Shown piece by piece: positions 9,879 to 20,975 of a stretch of 64,000 bases of DNA. The position numbers and the translations under genes were made by a program. Below the pieces are notes generated by a model. It saw nothing but the letters and a program-made list of their open reading frames with translations, ran no database searches and had not been told where the DNA came from. This DNA comes from Spirochaetia bacterium (GTDB lineage Bacteria > Spirochaetota > Spirochaetia > DSM-2461): NCBI GenBank assembly GCA_963666985.2, contig CAXXIA010000001.1, positions 384,001 through 448,000 of the forward strand, read 5' to 3'. Positions within the stretch are counted from its first letter, which is position 1; each line of letters starts with the position of its first letter.

Positions 9879-10730
9879 ATGAAAACGAACGGAACGGTTG
9901 TTTTTCAGAGTGATTTCGGCCTGGTGGACGGAGCGGTTTCCGCTATGTACGGAGTAGCCAATGCCGTTTCTCCGAAGCTTCAGCTTTACAATCTGACGCA
10001 TGAGATTCCTCAATTTAATATTTGGGAAGCTTCATACCGTCTTATTCAAACTTTGGAATACTGGGCGCCGGGAACCGTCTTTGTATCAGTTGTTGATCCC
10101 GGAGTGGGAACGGACAGGAAGAGCGTTGCCGTCTTAACCAATTCCGGACACTATATTGTTACACCGGACAACGGAACACTCACCCACGTTGTCCGGAAAA
10201 TCGGCATAGCGCGCTGTCATGAGATTGAGGAAGCCGTGAATCGTCTGGAGGATTCACGGAATTCTTATACGTTCCACGGCCGGGATGTTTACGCCTATAC
10301 AGGGGCCCGTTTGGCCGCCGGGATTATCGATTTGGATGGAGTCGGACGGGTTTTATCTCCGGAGGATGCGGTTCTTCATCCCTCCACGCAGGCCGGGATG
10401 GAGAGTGGCGTTATCAAGGCATCGGTTGATATTCTGGATTCCCGTTACGGAAGTCTTTGGACAAACTGTTCCGAAGAATTGTTTTCAGAGCTGGAAGTGA
10501 AATACGGAGAATATGTACAAGTTTCCATCTCACACCACGGACGGACAGTTTACGGCAACGATTTGAAGTTCGGAAAATCCTTCAGCGATGTAAACATCGG
10601 CGCTTCGATCGTTTACATTAACTCGCTTATGAATGTCGGCGTGGCCATCAATCAGGGGAATTTCGCCCGGGCTCACGATGTGGGTGCCGGAATCAACTGG
10701 CATATCAATTTTCGCAAAATCATTAAATAA
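9879..10730 (+). CDS. SAM hydroxide adenosyltransferase / SAM halogenase family (DUF62), paralog 1
   Basis: QSDFG, VVDPGVG, PDNG, TFHGRDV motifs. Confidence 0.9.
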   Translation: MKTNGTVVFQSDFGLVDGAVSAMYGVANAVSPKLQLYNLTHEIPQFNIWEASYRLIQTLEYWAPGTVFVSVVDPGVGTDRKSVAVLTNSGHYIVTPDNGTLTHVVRKIGIARCHEIEEAVNRLEDSRNSYTFHGRDVYAYTGARLAAGIIDLDGVGRVLSPEDAVLHPSTQAGMESGVIKASVDILDSRYGSLWTNCSEELFSELEVKYGEYVQVSISHHGRTVYGNDLKFGKSFSDVNIGASIVYINSLMNVGVAINQGNFARAHDVGAGINWHINFRKIIK

Positions 10731-10826
10731 CTCTGTTCAATTACCGGCGGAACCCTTTTTGCTTCGTGGGGTCATTGAAAAAAGCCGGCAAAAACCGGCT
10801 TCCATTAAAAAAATCTCAATTGATAA

Positions 10827-11246
10827 CTATTGCCGAGGACGGTTATCAGCTCCTTCATTGATTCTTTCACAGGAAACAACCCGGATCCGGCCGGAGACAT
10901 GCGTGCTGTCGTTTCTATTTCCTTTTCCCTCAAGACGAATCTGGTTTTCGCGATTATTCTGATCTTGATATGTTACGGTAACGGCATAATTATTTTTATT
11001 CGTCAGTTCCGTTTCTCCCGCTCTGTTTGTTTTTACCTTTACGCCGGAGATTTCATAATTATCCCGCTGCTGACCGGAAATTTGATTATTCTGCTGGTTT
11101 TGTTGATTTTGCTGTGTTTGATTATTCTGCTGCGTCGTCTGTGTCTGCGGCTGATTAGTGCCTGATTTCCCCTGGTCGCCGTTCTGTGCAAAGAGAACCG
11201 TTGAGAGTAACAGTAATGTCGCCGTAAGAGTGATGATTTTCTTCAT
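10827..11246 (-). CDS. Hypothetical secreted Gln/Asn-rich protein
   Basis: SD AGGAG; signal peptide MKKIITLTATLLLLSTVLFA; QQN-rich tract. Confidence 0.7.
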   Translation of the reverse strand: MKKIITLTATLLLLSTVLFAQNGDQGKSGTNQPQTQTTQQNNQTQQNQQNQQNNQISGQQRDNYEISGVKVKTNRAGETELTNKNNYAVTVTYQDQNNRENQIRLEGKGNRNDSTHVSGRIRVVSCERINEGADNRPRQ

Positions 11247-11453
11247 TTTCTTCTCCTGTATCAATTTAACTATTTCTAGAATTGATTCTTAATTGTTTTA
11301 CTAAATAGGTATCGCATGAAAGACATATTAACTATGAACGAATCATAGAATTATTATGAATTGATCGGGGTAGGATATCGGCTGAAGGATCAAATGGTGA
11401 ATTACGGCATTCCGGGGCGCCTTTCGGGTATAATTAAGGGAAAGGGTGAATCT

Positions 11454-12320
11454 ATGATACAAAGCAATCGAATCGTTGTTTTTCAAAGCGACTTCGGCCT
11501 TTTGGAAGGAACCGCTGCGCAGATGTACGGTGTGGCCTTGGGCATCGATCCCGATCTAAAGCTGGTGGATCTTTCTCATTACATCGACAGATTCAACACA
11601 TGGGACGCTTCTTACTCTTTGTTTCAGACCTGTCCGGTTTTTCCCGAAGGTACGGTTTTTGTTTCGGTAATCGATCCGGGGGTGGGGACCGGCCGGAAAA
11701 GCGTGGTTGCCCTTACCTCCGCCGGCCATTTCATTGTTACGCCGGATAACGGCACGCTGACTCATCTGAAGAAACACGTGGGTATAACGGATTTGAGGGA
11801 AATCGACGAATCGATGAACAGACGGCCCGGATCGGAAAAATCCCATGTTTTTCACGGAAGGGATGTCTATGCCTATACCGGCGCACGGCTGGCGGCCGGG
11901 ATTATCGATTTTGAAGGGGTTGGTGCCAAGCTCCCGCTGGACGGAATCGTTTGCCATCCGACGCCCGATCCGGAGATTGCTCATAACAAAGTAACCGGAA
12001 GAGTGGATATCACCGACCCGCATTTCGGAATGATTTGGACCAATATCCCCATAGAGGTTTTTGAACGGATGGATATTCCATTCGGAACAATCGTCAATAT
12101 TGTGGTGAAACATCGCGGTGAAGTCCGTTATGATAAACAAGTGCTTTATGGAAAGTCTTTCGGCAGCGTTCCCGAGGGCGAGGATATTCTTTATAACAAC
12201 GAGATAGGCTATTTCGCACTGGGAACCAATTTGCGAAGTTTTATTGAATTGTACGGCATCGCATCCGGACCGGACTGGAGCATCAGTCTGGAAAAGATAG
12301 AATCGAACGAGACTCGGTGA
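11454..12320 (+). CDS. SAM hydroxide adenosyltransferase family (DUF62), paralog 2
   Basis: QSDFG, VIDPGVG, PDNG, VFHGRDV motifs. Confidence 0.9.
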   Translation: MIQSNRIVVFQSDFGLLEGTAAQMYGVALGIDPDLKLVDLSHYIDRFNTWDASYSLFQTCPVFPEGTVFVSVIDPGVGTGRKSVVALTSAGHFIVTPDNGTLTHLKKHVGITDLREIDESMNRRPGSEKSHVFHGRDVYAYTGARLAAGIIDFEGVGAKLPLDGIVCHPTPDPEIAHNKVTGRVDITDPHFGMIWTNIPIEVFERMDIPFGTIVNIVVKHRGEVRYDKQVLYGKSFGSVPEGEDILYNNEIGYFALGTNLRSFIELYGIASGPDWSISLEKIESNETR

Positions 12321-12371
12321 AAATGTCACAATTTCGCCAAAGAGTCTCCGCTGCTTGATGAGGAGGCAGAA

Positions 12372-12914
12372 ATGTTCAAATTCGGTACAAGGAAAATCGT
12401 CGCGACCGGCATCGGGGCCGCCCTGTTCATGGTTCTGTTCATGTTCGTTAAAATTCCCTCCTGGGTTCCCGAAACACAGTTCCAGACGGCCTATGCCCTC
12501 GGTTCCCTGATGGCCGTCCTCTTCGGGCCCATTGCCGGTTTTCTGATTCAGTTTATCGGCCATGCCTTAAGCGACGCGATTCAGTACGGATCTCCGTGGT
12601 GGAGCTGGGTTATCGCCAGCGGTGTTTCCGGGTTCGTCTTCGGTTTTGCCTATAAGCGGACCGGTGTTGATTCCGGTGATTTTAAAATGAAGGGAATCAT
12701 TGCGTTCAACGTTATTCAAATTATCGGCAATTTGATTGCCTGGCTTGTTGTGGCGCCCGTTTTGGACATCCTGATTTACGCCGAACCGACAAATCTTGTG
12801 TTCACTCAAGGAGCCGTGGCGGCCTTAATGAATATGATCAGCTGCGGCGTTCTCGGGACCTTGCTGATGTTCGCCTGGTCCAAGACCATTCCCAAGAAGG
12901 GCAGCCTGGAATAG
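12372..12914 (+). CDS. ECF transporter S component (MtsT-like)
   Basis: ~5-6 TM; IVATGIGAALF, FGPIAG, GSPWWSW; followed by A-A and T genes. Confidence 0.85.
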   Translation: MFKFGTRKIVATGIGAALFMVLFMFVKIPSWVPETQFQTAYALGSLMAVLFGPIAGFLIQFIGHALSDAIQYGSPWWSWVIASGVSGFVFGFAYKRTGVDSGDFKMKGIIAFNVIQIIGNLIAWLVVAPVLDILIYAEPTNLVFTQGAVAALMNMISCGVLGTLLMFAWSKTIPKKGSLE

Positions 12915-12922
12915 TTCTCCGT

Positions 12923-14665
12923 ATGGTAAAAGATCCGGTTATCCAATTCTCCGGTTTCTCTTTTACCTATCTCGCTCAGAAGTATCCGACTCTCAAGGAC
13001 CTTAATCTCACGATTTATCGCGGGGAGAAGGTCCTCATTGTCGGTCCGAGCGGGAGCGGTAAAAGCACTCTGGGCAACTGCATCAACGGACTTATTCCCT
13101 TCTCCTATGAGGGCGAAATTCTCGGAGAGGTGAACGTCGGCGGAACGGTTGTAAAGGATTCCAGCGTTTTCGAGCTTTCCAAAACCGTCGGAACGGTAAT
13201 GCAGGATTCCGATGCCCAGTTTGTCGCCCTTTCGGTAGCCGAAGACATTGCCTTCGCACTGGAAAACGATCGGGTTCCGCAAGAGGGAATGAAGGTTCGC
13301 GTGCTGGATGCGGCGAAGATTGTCGGTATGGATGATTACTTGAAGCAGTCGCCTCAGGAACTCTCCGGCGGACAGAAACAGCGGACCTCTCTGGCGGGCA
13401 TCCTGGTGGATGACGTGGATGTTCTGCTTTTCGACGAACCGTTGGCCAATCTGGATCCGCAAACCGGGAAATACGCCATCGAACTTATCGACGAAATCCA
13501 TCGGGGGCGCCATTGGGATGCCGGTGACCATGAGGGCGATACGATTCCACGGACCACGCTTATCATCGAACACCGAATTGAAGATGTCCTTCACAGGGAA
13601 GTGGACCGAATTATTTTGATGGACGATGGGCGCATCGTGGCCGATCTGCCGCCTCATGAAATGATCGCATCGGGGCTGCTGACGGATCACGGACTCCGGG
13701 AACCGCTTTATATCGCCGCTCTCCGTCATGCGGGGGTGGATATAACCGCCAAGCTGCGGCCGGCATACCTTTCAACCGTCGACTTTGATTCCTGCCGCCC
13801 GCGGATGCAGAGTTGGTATGAATCCGTGGAAGATCCGCCGCCGCCGAAAATCGGAGAGGAGGTTATCGCCATTCGGCATTTGGATTTCGAATATTACCAA
13901 GATCGGCCTGTGTTGTCGGATATCAATCTGAACATTGCCGCCGGAGAGATGATTTCCATCGTCGGAACCAACGGAGCGGGAAAGTCCACACTGGCCAAGA
14001 TTATCTGCCGCTTTGAGGATAGTCCGAACGGCACGGTTTTCTTCAGGGGAGAGGATGCCTCCGGACTGAGTATTACCGAGAGAGCATCCTTTGTGGGATT
14101 CATTCTGCAGAATCCCAATCAGATGATCACCAAAACTCAAATCTACGATGAAATCGCTATGGGACTCCGGTTGCGAAAAGTTCCGGATACGGAGATTGAA
14201 GAACGGGTGGACCGGGTAATGGCCGTCTGCGGTTTGGAGCGGTTTAAAAAGTGGCCCGTTTCTGCTTTAAGCTACGGGCAGAAGAAACGGGTAACCATCG
14301 CGTCGATTCTGGTGCTGAATCCGAAGGTTATCATTCTGGATGAGCCGACGGCGGGGCAGGATTACCGTCACTACACGGAAATCATGCGTTTTCTGACGAA
14401 GATAAACGAAATGGGTGTAACGGTGATTATGATTACCCACGATATGCATCTGATGCTGGAATACACCCGGCGATCGGTGGTTATCGACGGCGGCCGGATT
14501 ATAGCCGATACAGATTCCAGCACGGTTCTTACCAGTCCCGATTTGGTGAAAAGAGCCAGCCTGAAGGAAACCTCTCTTTTTCATCTGGCCGAAAGTGTCG
14601 GAATCGAGAGTCCCAAATCCCTGGTGGACCGGTTCATTCTTTTCGAAACGGAGATGAATCGGTGA
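12923..14665 (+). CDS. ECF transporter fused dual ATPase
   Basis: Walker A GPSGSGKS and GTNGAGKS; signatures LSGGQKQR and LSYGQKKR. Confidence 0.92.
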   Translation: MVKDPVIQFSGFSFTYLAQKYPTLKDLNLTIYRGEKVLIVGPSGSGKSTLGNCINGLIPFSYEGEILGEVNVGGTVVKDSSVFELSKTVGTVMQDSDAQFVALSVAEDIAFALENDRVPQEGMKVRVLDAAKIVGMDDYLKQSPQELSGGQKQRTSLAGILVDDVDVLLFDEPLANLDPQTGKYAIELIDEIHRGRHWDAGDHEGDTIPRTTLIIEHRIEDVLHREVDRIILMDDGRIVADLPPHEMIASGLLTDHGLREPLYIAALRHAGVDITAKLRPAYLSTVDFDSCRPRMQSWYESVEDPPPPKIGEEVIAIRHLDFEYYQDRPVLSDINLNIAAGEMISIVGTNGAGKSTLAKIICRFEDSPNGTVFFRGEDASGLSITERASFVGFILQNPNQMITKTQIYDEIAMGLRLRKVPDTEIEERVDRVMAVCGLERFKKWPVSALSYGQKKRVTIASILVLNPKVIILDEPTAGQDYRHYTEIMRFLTKINEMGVTVIMITHDMHLMLEYTRRSVVIDGGRIIADTDSSTVLTSPDLVKRASLKETSLFHLAESVGIESPKSLVDRFILFETEMNR

Positions 14666-15489
14666 AGCTTTTTAACTACAGCTGCGAAGATACCGTAATT
14701 CACCGTTTATCCGGACTCACAAAACTGCTCTGCTTCATCATGCTTACCGGAGTGGTGATGTATGCCTACGACATCAGAATCTTTTTATTCATTCTCGTTT
14801 TTTCTTTTACCGTTCTTCGAATTGCCCGTATCCCTTTGAAAAACCTGAAACTCATATTCATCTATGTGGGAATTTTTTTGGTGATCAATTTCTTTCTGTC
14901 TTATCTGTTCGATCCGAAATTCGGTCCGGAAACCTACGGTTCATCAACGCTGATATTCCATATTGCCGGAAAATACGATGTAACCCGGGAACAGCTTTTT
15001 TATCAGCTTTCCAAGTTTTTTAAATACGGTTCGGTGATTCCCTTAGGGGTTATTTTCCTTTTTACAACCGATCCCAGCGAATTCGCTTCCAGTCTGAATG
15101 CCGTCTTGATTCCCTATAAGGTTGCCTATGCCGTGGCGCTTACCCTGCGCCATTTCCCCGATGTGCAGAGTGAATACACCACCATCTCCAAGGCTCAGCA
15201 GGCACGAGGACTGGATATTTCCCGGAAAACTTCTTTCCTGCACAGGTTCAAAAATGCGGTTGCTACGATGGTTCCTCTTATTTTTTCATCGCTGGAACGT
15301 ATCGATGTGATTACGAACGCCATGCATCTAAGGGGTTTCTCCAAATACCGCAAGCGGACTTGGTACAGCTTCCGGCCGATGAAAACCGGTGATTTTATCG
15401 CAATCGGGATTTGTCTTGTCATTATTGGCGGGGCCGTGTTTATCGCCGTTTACGTGAACAAAGGGCGATTTTACAATCCGTTTGGATAA
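14662..15489 (+). CDS. ECF transporter T component
   Basis: Hydrophobic; AQQARG and AMHLRG motifs; GTGA overlap with the ATPase gene. Confidence 0.9.
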   Translation: MKLFNYSCEDTVIHRLSGLTKLLCFIMLTGVVMYAYDIRIFLFILVFSFTVLRIARIPLKNLKLIFIYVGIFLVINFFLSYLFDPKFGPETYGSSTLIFHIAGKYDVTREQLFYQLSKFFKYGSVIPLGVIFLFTTDPSEFASSLNAVLIPYKVAYAVALTLRHFPDVQSEYTTISKAQQARGLDISRKTSFLHRFKNAVATMVPLIFSSLERIDVITNAMHLRGFSKYRKRTWYSFRPMKTGDFIAIGICLVIIGGAVFIAVYVNKGRFYNPFG

Positions 15490-15623
15490 TCGGCGGATAA
15501 ATTACTGCCGTTCAATATGATTTCCATGCAAATTGATATTCTTGCAATGAACGTTTGCATTTCTTTCATTACCTTTACTAAGCTTGTTGTTAACAAAATT
15601 TAACGGAAGCCGGAAGGTAAATT

Positions 15624-18101
15624 ATGTCTTTGCGTGTAAAAACTATCTTTTTGTTTCTCGGAATATTTGTTCTTTTTATCGGTGCGATCGGGATCTATGT
15701 TTTAATTAAGTGTCAGGATACGCAAGATTTAAGTTTAACAAAAAGCTCTGAAGATTTAAGAAACACGATTACCCAAGCCGTTGATGCGAAAAAAGACGTA
15801 TGGCTTACAAATGCTCTTCAAATAGCGAAAAATCCGTTGATTATTCAATCTATGGCCCAATCGGATCGGGAAACGGCTATTGCGATTTTAAATGAATACG
15901 GAAACGATTTTAAGGAATATACCAATTTTAAAAATGTTCGAGTGCATTTAATCGATGCGGAACAAAGATCTTTCGTAAAATCCTGGTCGGCCGATTCGTA
16001 TGGGGAGCTGCTGGATTATTCTGCTGCCTATAAAGATGTAATCGAGAAAGGAATCCCTCTGGTAACAATGGAGGAGGCTCCGAATGGTGTTCGATTGAAG
16101 GGATTGTTTCCTATTACCGATGGAGAGAAATTATTGGGAATAGCCAATTTTGAAGGCGGGCTGAATTCCATTAAGCGCGATTTAAAAGAACGCGAAATCG
16201 ATTTTCTCTATATGATTTCAGAGGATCTTCTTACGGTTGCCGCATCTCTCTCAGAGGCTCCGGCTGTTGCCGGTTATCGTGTGAGCCAAAAAGATGTTGA
16301 TGAAGAGTTTCTGGATTATTGTCAAAACCGCATGAATCTGCAGCAGGCGCTGGACGGATACTCCATTGATTCGGAGTATCTGCTGAGTGCTATTCCGATC
16401 CTTCATGAAAACGGTAAAGAAGTCGGAATGTATCTGGTTGGACAGAAAACGGAATTCGCGATGACTCTTGTTAAACAAAATAACCGTCTGCTTTTAGTTG
16501 TTTTTATTGTCTATGCGATTTCCGCGATGTTTATTCTGATTCTTCTGGTTGTCTTTCTGGAGGTGAGCGTTATCAAACCTGTAAGAGCTTTTACAGGAAC
16601 ATTTAGAAAAATCTCCGAAGGTGATCTTTCCTGCAGTATCGGCATTTCCGAGAAATCTTATCTTGGAGAATTGGCTAAAGCGAGCAGCGCGATGGTGGAG
16701 AAGGTACGGGAGTTTGTACTTGATGTTCAACAGACATCAATGATTATAGAGCAGTCACAAGTTCAATTGGTTAATGAATTGGAAGAATCCATTGCCGCTT
16801 CGAATGTAATCTCTTTTGAAACCGGTTCTTCGGGGCGTGTTGTCGAGGAGTTGCGAGAGAAAATGGGACATTCCTCTACTTCAGTCACACAGATTAATAA
16901 AAATATTCATGCTTTAGCAGATAGAATTGTTGATCATTCCGGAGCGGTGAGCCAGACTACGGCTTCTGTAGATGAAATGTCGGCCTCCATCAGCAGTATT
17001 TCGAAAATCGCCAAGGAGCAAAGTGTTTCATCAGATGAATTGGTTAAATCTACCAATGAAGGCGCCCAGCAGCTTTCTCATACCAATTCGGTGATTGATG
17101 AAATCTCCGGCAGTCTTGATGACATGATGCAATTGGCCCATCTGATTAATGATGTTACCGAGCAAACGAATCTTTTAGCCATGAATGCGGCAATCGAAGC
17201 CGCTCATGCGGGAGAGCAAGGCAAAGGTTTTGCTGTTGTCGCCGGAGAAATTCGGAAACTGGCCGAGTCTACCAATCAGAGTTCCTCAAGCATCTCATCG
17301 ACATTGGACGCTCTTACCAATAAAATTCGATCGGCTGTCGATGCGAGCCAAAGAACCGGGACTGTTTTTGCAACAATTAAGGATACATCGAAAACGGTTG
17401 CTCAATCTTTCCAGAATATAAGCACCAGTACATCGGAATTGGATATCGGTAGCCGTGAGATGGTGAAGGCTTCCGAACAACTCTTGGAGATTGCCCAAGG
17501 TGTTCAGTTAAGTACGGAGGAAATCCGGGGAGCGATGGAAGGTATAACTAAACTGATTCAAACGGTGGAAAATTCTTGCGATCTGGTTTATAGCCAGATG
17601 ACGAATATTCGGGAACGAGCCGTTAATATTAATTCCGCGGTTAAGCGGATAACGGAAAGTTCCATCAATACTTCTGAAAGCTTGGGACGTTCTCTTTCAG
17701 GACTGCTTCAGTTTACGGTTTCTAAGGAGATTCGGGAGAATCAGATCTCTGCGATCAACCGTCTTCATATATCCACGTTGATCCTTCAACATGCTCACTG
17801 GGTAGCCCGTGGGCGAGGCTATATCGATGGAAGCGACAATATCGACCCGGCCACCTTGGTCGATTATCAGCAATGCGCTCTTGGACATTGGATGGTTGAG
17901 GATGATTTAGCCGGAATGCTTGATGAAAAAGTTTACAAAAATTTAGAGGATTCTCATAAGAATTTACACCTAATACTTAAAGAAATTGTCGAATATAGAG
18001 GGCAGGAAAAAAGCGAACGGATCGAAGAACGGTTCCAGGATTTGGTGAAGGCCTCCAATGAAATCATCCAGATCCTGTCCGAAATTCGGGATTCTTTATA
18101 G
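15624..18101 (+). CDS. Methyl-accepting chemotaxis protein (Cache-type sensor, HAMP, C-terminal CZB)
   Basis: 2 [38 protein letters not shown]-terminal HAHW..CALGHW..HKNLH. Confidence 0.92.
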   Translation: MSLRVKTIFLFLGIFVLFIGAIGIYVLIKCQDTQDLSLTKSSEDLRNTITQAVDAKKDVWLTNALQIAKNPLIIQSMAQSDRETAIAILNEYGNDFKEYTNFKNVRVHLIDAEQRSFVKSWSADSYGELLDYSAAYKDVIEKGIPLVTMEEAPNGVRLKGLFPITDGEKLLGIANFEGGLNSIKRDLKEREIDFLYMISEDLLTVAASLSEAPAVAGYRVSQKDVDEEFLDYCQNRMNLQQALDGYSIDSEYLLSAIPILHENGKEVGMYLVGQKTEFAMTLVKQNNRLLLVVFIVYAISAMFILILLVVFLEVSVIKPVRAFTGTFRKISEGDLSCSIGISEKSYLGELAKASSAMVEKVREFVLDVQQTSMIIEQSQVQLVNELEESIAASNVISFETGSSGRVVEELREKMGHSSTSVTQINKNIHALADRIVDHSGAVSQTTASVDEMSASISSISKIAKEQSVSSDELVKSTNEGAQQLSHTNSVIDEISGSLDDMMQLAHLINDVTEQTNLLAMNAAIEAAHAGEQGKGFAVVAGEIRKLAESTNQSSSSISSTLDALTNKIRSAVDASQRTGTVFATIKDTSKTVAQSFQNISTSTSELDIGSREMVKASEQLLEIAQGVQLSTEEIRGAMEGITKLIQTVENSCDLVYSQMTNIRERAVNINSAVKRITESSINTSESLGRSLSGLLQFTVSKEIRENQISAINRLHISTLILQHAHWVARGRGYIDGSDNIDPATLVDYQQCALGHWMVEDDLAGMLDEKVYKNLEDSHKNLHLILKEIVEYRGQEKSERIEERFQDLVKASNEIIQILSEIRDSL

Positions 18102-18256
18102 CGAAGCAATTCAGTAATTGCTGAAATTACAGATCCGCCTACCGATATTCATCAGTTCCCGTTTTCTATAATTTGAAGAAACGATTTAGTCTGCTTCGGC
18201 TTTAATCTATAAGGAATCTCCGGAGCTTCTGGCCCCAAAAATATATCGGATGTGTA

Positions 18257-19222
18257 TTAGGCCGCTCTGTCGGGCCTTTTGGTTTTTAAAGCGTCCAGGA
18301 GATCCGCGCTTGAAGGTATATGCCTGACGTTCCCATGTGAGTCGAATGAAATCAGGGCTTTCAGCATGCCCAAATCCTTTAAACCGAGGACAATCCACTG
18401 TTCTCCGGTTTCGGAAAAAGGATGATGTTTTTTCGCCATGCCGTCAAAGCTGAAAAGACCGTCTTGATGATCGATTGAAGGAAAGTATTCCCGACGGAAC
18501 AATTCCAATCCGGATCGGTTGAGTTCGGTTTTTACCAGAAATGACCAGCACGTATCGGAAACGGCGAGGTATACACCGGGGAAACCGAGTCTGAAAGAAA
18601 GCAGTTCTAAGTGATTTCTATTTTCCGGACGGTTGTATGGCGGAAAAAGAAGGTATTGATCCGAACGGCTTTTTTTAAAGGGCAGCCTGAAGGAATCCTG
18701 AAGCTCATATCCGGCGGTTTTGAAATCCAAGGTCCCTTGTTTGTAAGAATACGCGGCGTTAGAGAGTTCCTTCCAGTCCGTATCGACATCAAAGCGATTC
18801 TCGATGAGTCTGTAACGCCGTTCAAACCAAATCATCATATCGGTATTGAACGGTATCATCGTACTGAAACGGTCTGAGGAAAAGGCCTCGGTATACCAGC
18901 AGTTGTGGGCATCGTAAGATTTGCAGATGAGGCTTTGATAGGGTTTGTTATGAATGGAGCATTTCCCTTCCGTTCTGTCCAAAAAACCGCATTTACGGCC
19001 CAGATAGATCGTCCATTCACCGGATTGTTTCAGTGCGGGAAAGATTCCGTTGTAACAGGAAGCTAAAGTTAGATTGATAAAATCATTTCGTGTTTCAAGA
19101 CGGAACGGCATGAGCGGCAGATTCGCGCAGCAGTGACTTTGAAAGCATTGACGGCAGGGAGTCTGCAGCCAGGGATCTTGCCTGATTTTGATATCGCCCC
19201 GCAGGGATATTTTTTCTTTCAA
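18257..19222 (-). CDS. YkgJ/CxxCxxCC-like cysteine-cluster protein
   Basis: CRQCFQSHCC...CGFL..KCSIH..ICKSY; probable TTG start after SD GGAGA. Confidence 0.65.
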   Translation of the reverse strand: MKEKISLRGDIKIRQDPWLQTPCRQCFQSHCCANLPLMPFRLETRNDFINLTLASCYNGIFPALKQSGEWTIYLGRKCGFLDRTEGKCSIHNKPYQSLICKSYDAHNCWYTEAFSSDRFSTMIPFNTDMMIWFERRYRLIENRFDVDTDWKELSNAAYSYKQGTLDFKTAGYELQDSFRLPFKKSRSDQYLLFPPYNRPENRNHLELLSFRLGFPGVYLAVSDTCWSFLVKTELNRSGLELFRREYFPSIDHQDGLFSFDGMAKKHHPFSETGEQWIVLGLKDLGMLKALISFDSHGNVRHIPSSADLLDALKTKRPDRAA

Positions 19223-19334
19223 AAACGAATCTCTCCGATACCGAAGAGATATACTCCAAGGAACAAGATTCTGTAAAGATGGGATTGACCGACAGCCTGA
19301 TTTCTCGCCATACAGTGCTGTGGAGAGAATATAA

Positions 19335-20975
19335 TTGAATAGCATTTTTAATCCCAAGCTCTTTTCTCTTTTACGTCAGGGGATAAGTAGAGATCAAATC
19401 GCCGCAGACATATTTTCCGGTGTGGTTGTCGGCATTGTCGCATTACCTCTTGCAATCGCGTTCGCCGTCGCTTCGGGAGTTTCCCCGCAGAAGGGACTTA
19501 TTACAGCCATTATTGCCGGTTTTTTGATTTCGGCTCTCGGCGGAAGCAGGGTCCAGATCGGCGGGCCGACCGGTGCTTTTGTCGTCATCGTCTACGGTAT
19601 CGTTGAACGCTACGGTATCGACGGTTTGATTGTTTCCACGATGATGGCGGGAGTTCTGTTGGTTGTATTCGGGGTACTGCGATTGGGAGCTCTTTTAAAG
19701 TACTTCCCGCAATCCCTCATTGTCGGATTTACTTCCGGCATCGCTCTGGTGATTTTTTCCACTCAGGTGAAAGATGCCTTGGGGCTGAGTATTTCCCAGG
19801 TCCCATCGGATTTCATTGGTAAATGGCAAGTTTATTTTGAGCATATAGCAACCATTAATCCTTATGCGCTGGGGCTGACGATTTTTACGATTCTTATTAC
19901 GATTACAGCCGGACGGTTTACGGGAAGAGTTCCGGGCTCCTTTATCGCTCTTATTCTCGGAACCCTTATCGTTCTGTTCGGGAAACTCCCGGTTGAAACA
20001 CTGCGGTCAGTATACGGGGCTATGCCTCGCGGATTCAGCGTCGGTTTGCCAACGATCCACTTGTCCGATTTGCCTGCGTATATTCAGCCTGCTGTTAATA
20101 TCGCTTTGTTGGGCGCCATCGAATCACTTTTATCGGCGGTAGTTGCCGACGGAATGATCAGCGGCCATCACCGCTCAAATACGGAGTTAATCGCGCAAGG
20201 AATCGCCAATATCGTTACGCCTCTTTTCGGAGGAATCCCCGCGACGGGCGCCATCGCCAGAACCGCGGTCAATATAAAAAACGGAGGCCGAACGCCCATC
20301 GCCGGAATTGTCCATTCCGTGACTCTTTTGCTGATTATGCTTTTTTTCGGACGATATGCGGAACTGATACCTGTTCCGGTACTGGCCGGCATTCTTATTG
20401 TCGTGGCATACAATATGAGCGAATGGCGTACCTTTATCGGAGTCCTTCGGGGATCTTCCTTTGATATCCTTGTTCTGCTCTCGACGTTCTTTTTAACGGT
20501 TCTTGTGGATCTTACCGTGGCGATTCAGGTTGGTGTCGTTCTTTCGGCATTGCTGTTTATGCGCCGTATGGCCATTATCCCTTCCGGTTTGCCCGCGGAA
20601 GTTGATAAAGATATTATAGAAGATTATTCCGATTTACCCCGTGATGTATCGGTGTATGAAATCAGCGGACCGCTTTTTTTCGCGTCGGCCCGGGAATATG
20701 CCGAAACGATAAAGGTGGCCGGTATTCGGAAAAGGGTTTTGATAATCCGTATGCGGCATGTCCCCTTTATTGATGCTACCGGCCTGCATAATTTGGAATC
20801 GGCCGTTACCATGCTCCGTCATTCGGGGGTGGATGTTATTTTCTCCGGTGTTCGGGAGCAGGTGATTTCAGAATTAACACGATTCGGAATAGGACCCCAA
20901 GAAGGCGGCTTGATGTTTTTCGATACATTCTCCGGGGCCTTGGAATACGCGCTGACTTATAATGGCCAAGAATAA
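19335..20975 (+). CDS. SulP-family anion permease with STAS domain
   Basis: VALPLAIAFA, GGSRVQIGGPTGAF, PATGAIARTA, STAS motif GPLFFA..FIDATG. Confidence 0.93.
   Translation: MNSIFNPKLFSLLRQGISRDQIAADIFSGVVVGIVALPLAIAFAVASGVSPQKGLITAIIAGFLISALGGSRVQIGGPTGAFVVIVYGIVERYGIDGLIVSTMMAGVLLVVFGVLRLGALLKYFPQSLIVGFTSGIALVIFSTQVKDALGLSISQVPSDFIGKWQVYFEHIATINPYALGLTIFTILITITAGRFTGRVPGSFIALILGTLIVLFGKLPVETLRSVYGAMPRGFSVGLPTIHLSDLPAYIQPAVNIALLGAIESLLSAVVADGMISGHHRSNTELIAQGIANIVTPLFGGIPATGAIARTAVNIKNGGRTPIAGIVHSVTLLLIMLFFGRYAELIPVPVLAGILIVVAYNMSEWRTFIGVLRGSSFDILVLLSTFFLTVLVDLTVAIQVGVVLSALLFMRRMAIIPSGLPAEVDKDIIEDYSDLPRDVSVYEISGPLFFASAREYAETIKVAGIRKRVLIIRMRHVPFIDATGLHNLESAVTMLRHSGVDVIFSGVREQVISELTRFGIGPQEGGLMFFDTFSGALEYALTYNGQE

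Noticed and set aside
9879..12320. Fluorinase/chlorinase assignment
   Set aside because: Both proteins keep the Asp-Arg-His residues of the hydrolase subgroup, and the context is uptake/salvage.
11556..12563. 335-aa antisense ORF and other long shadow ORFs (e.g. 12806-13729, 47064-47873, 63557-63952)
   Set aside because: They lie opposite well-supported genes and show no motifs.
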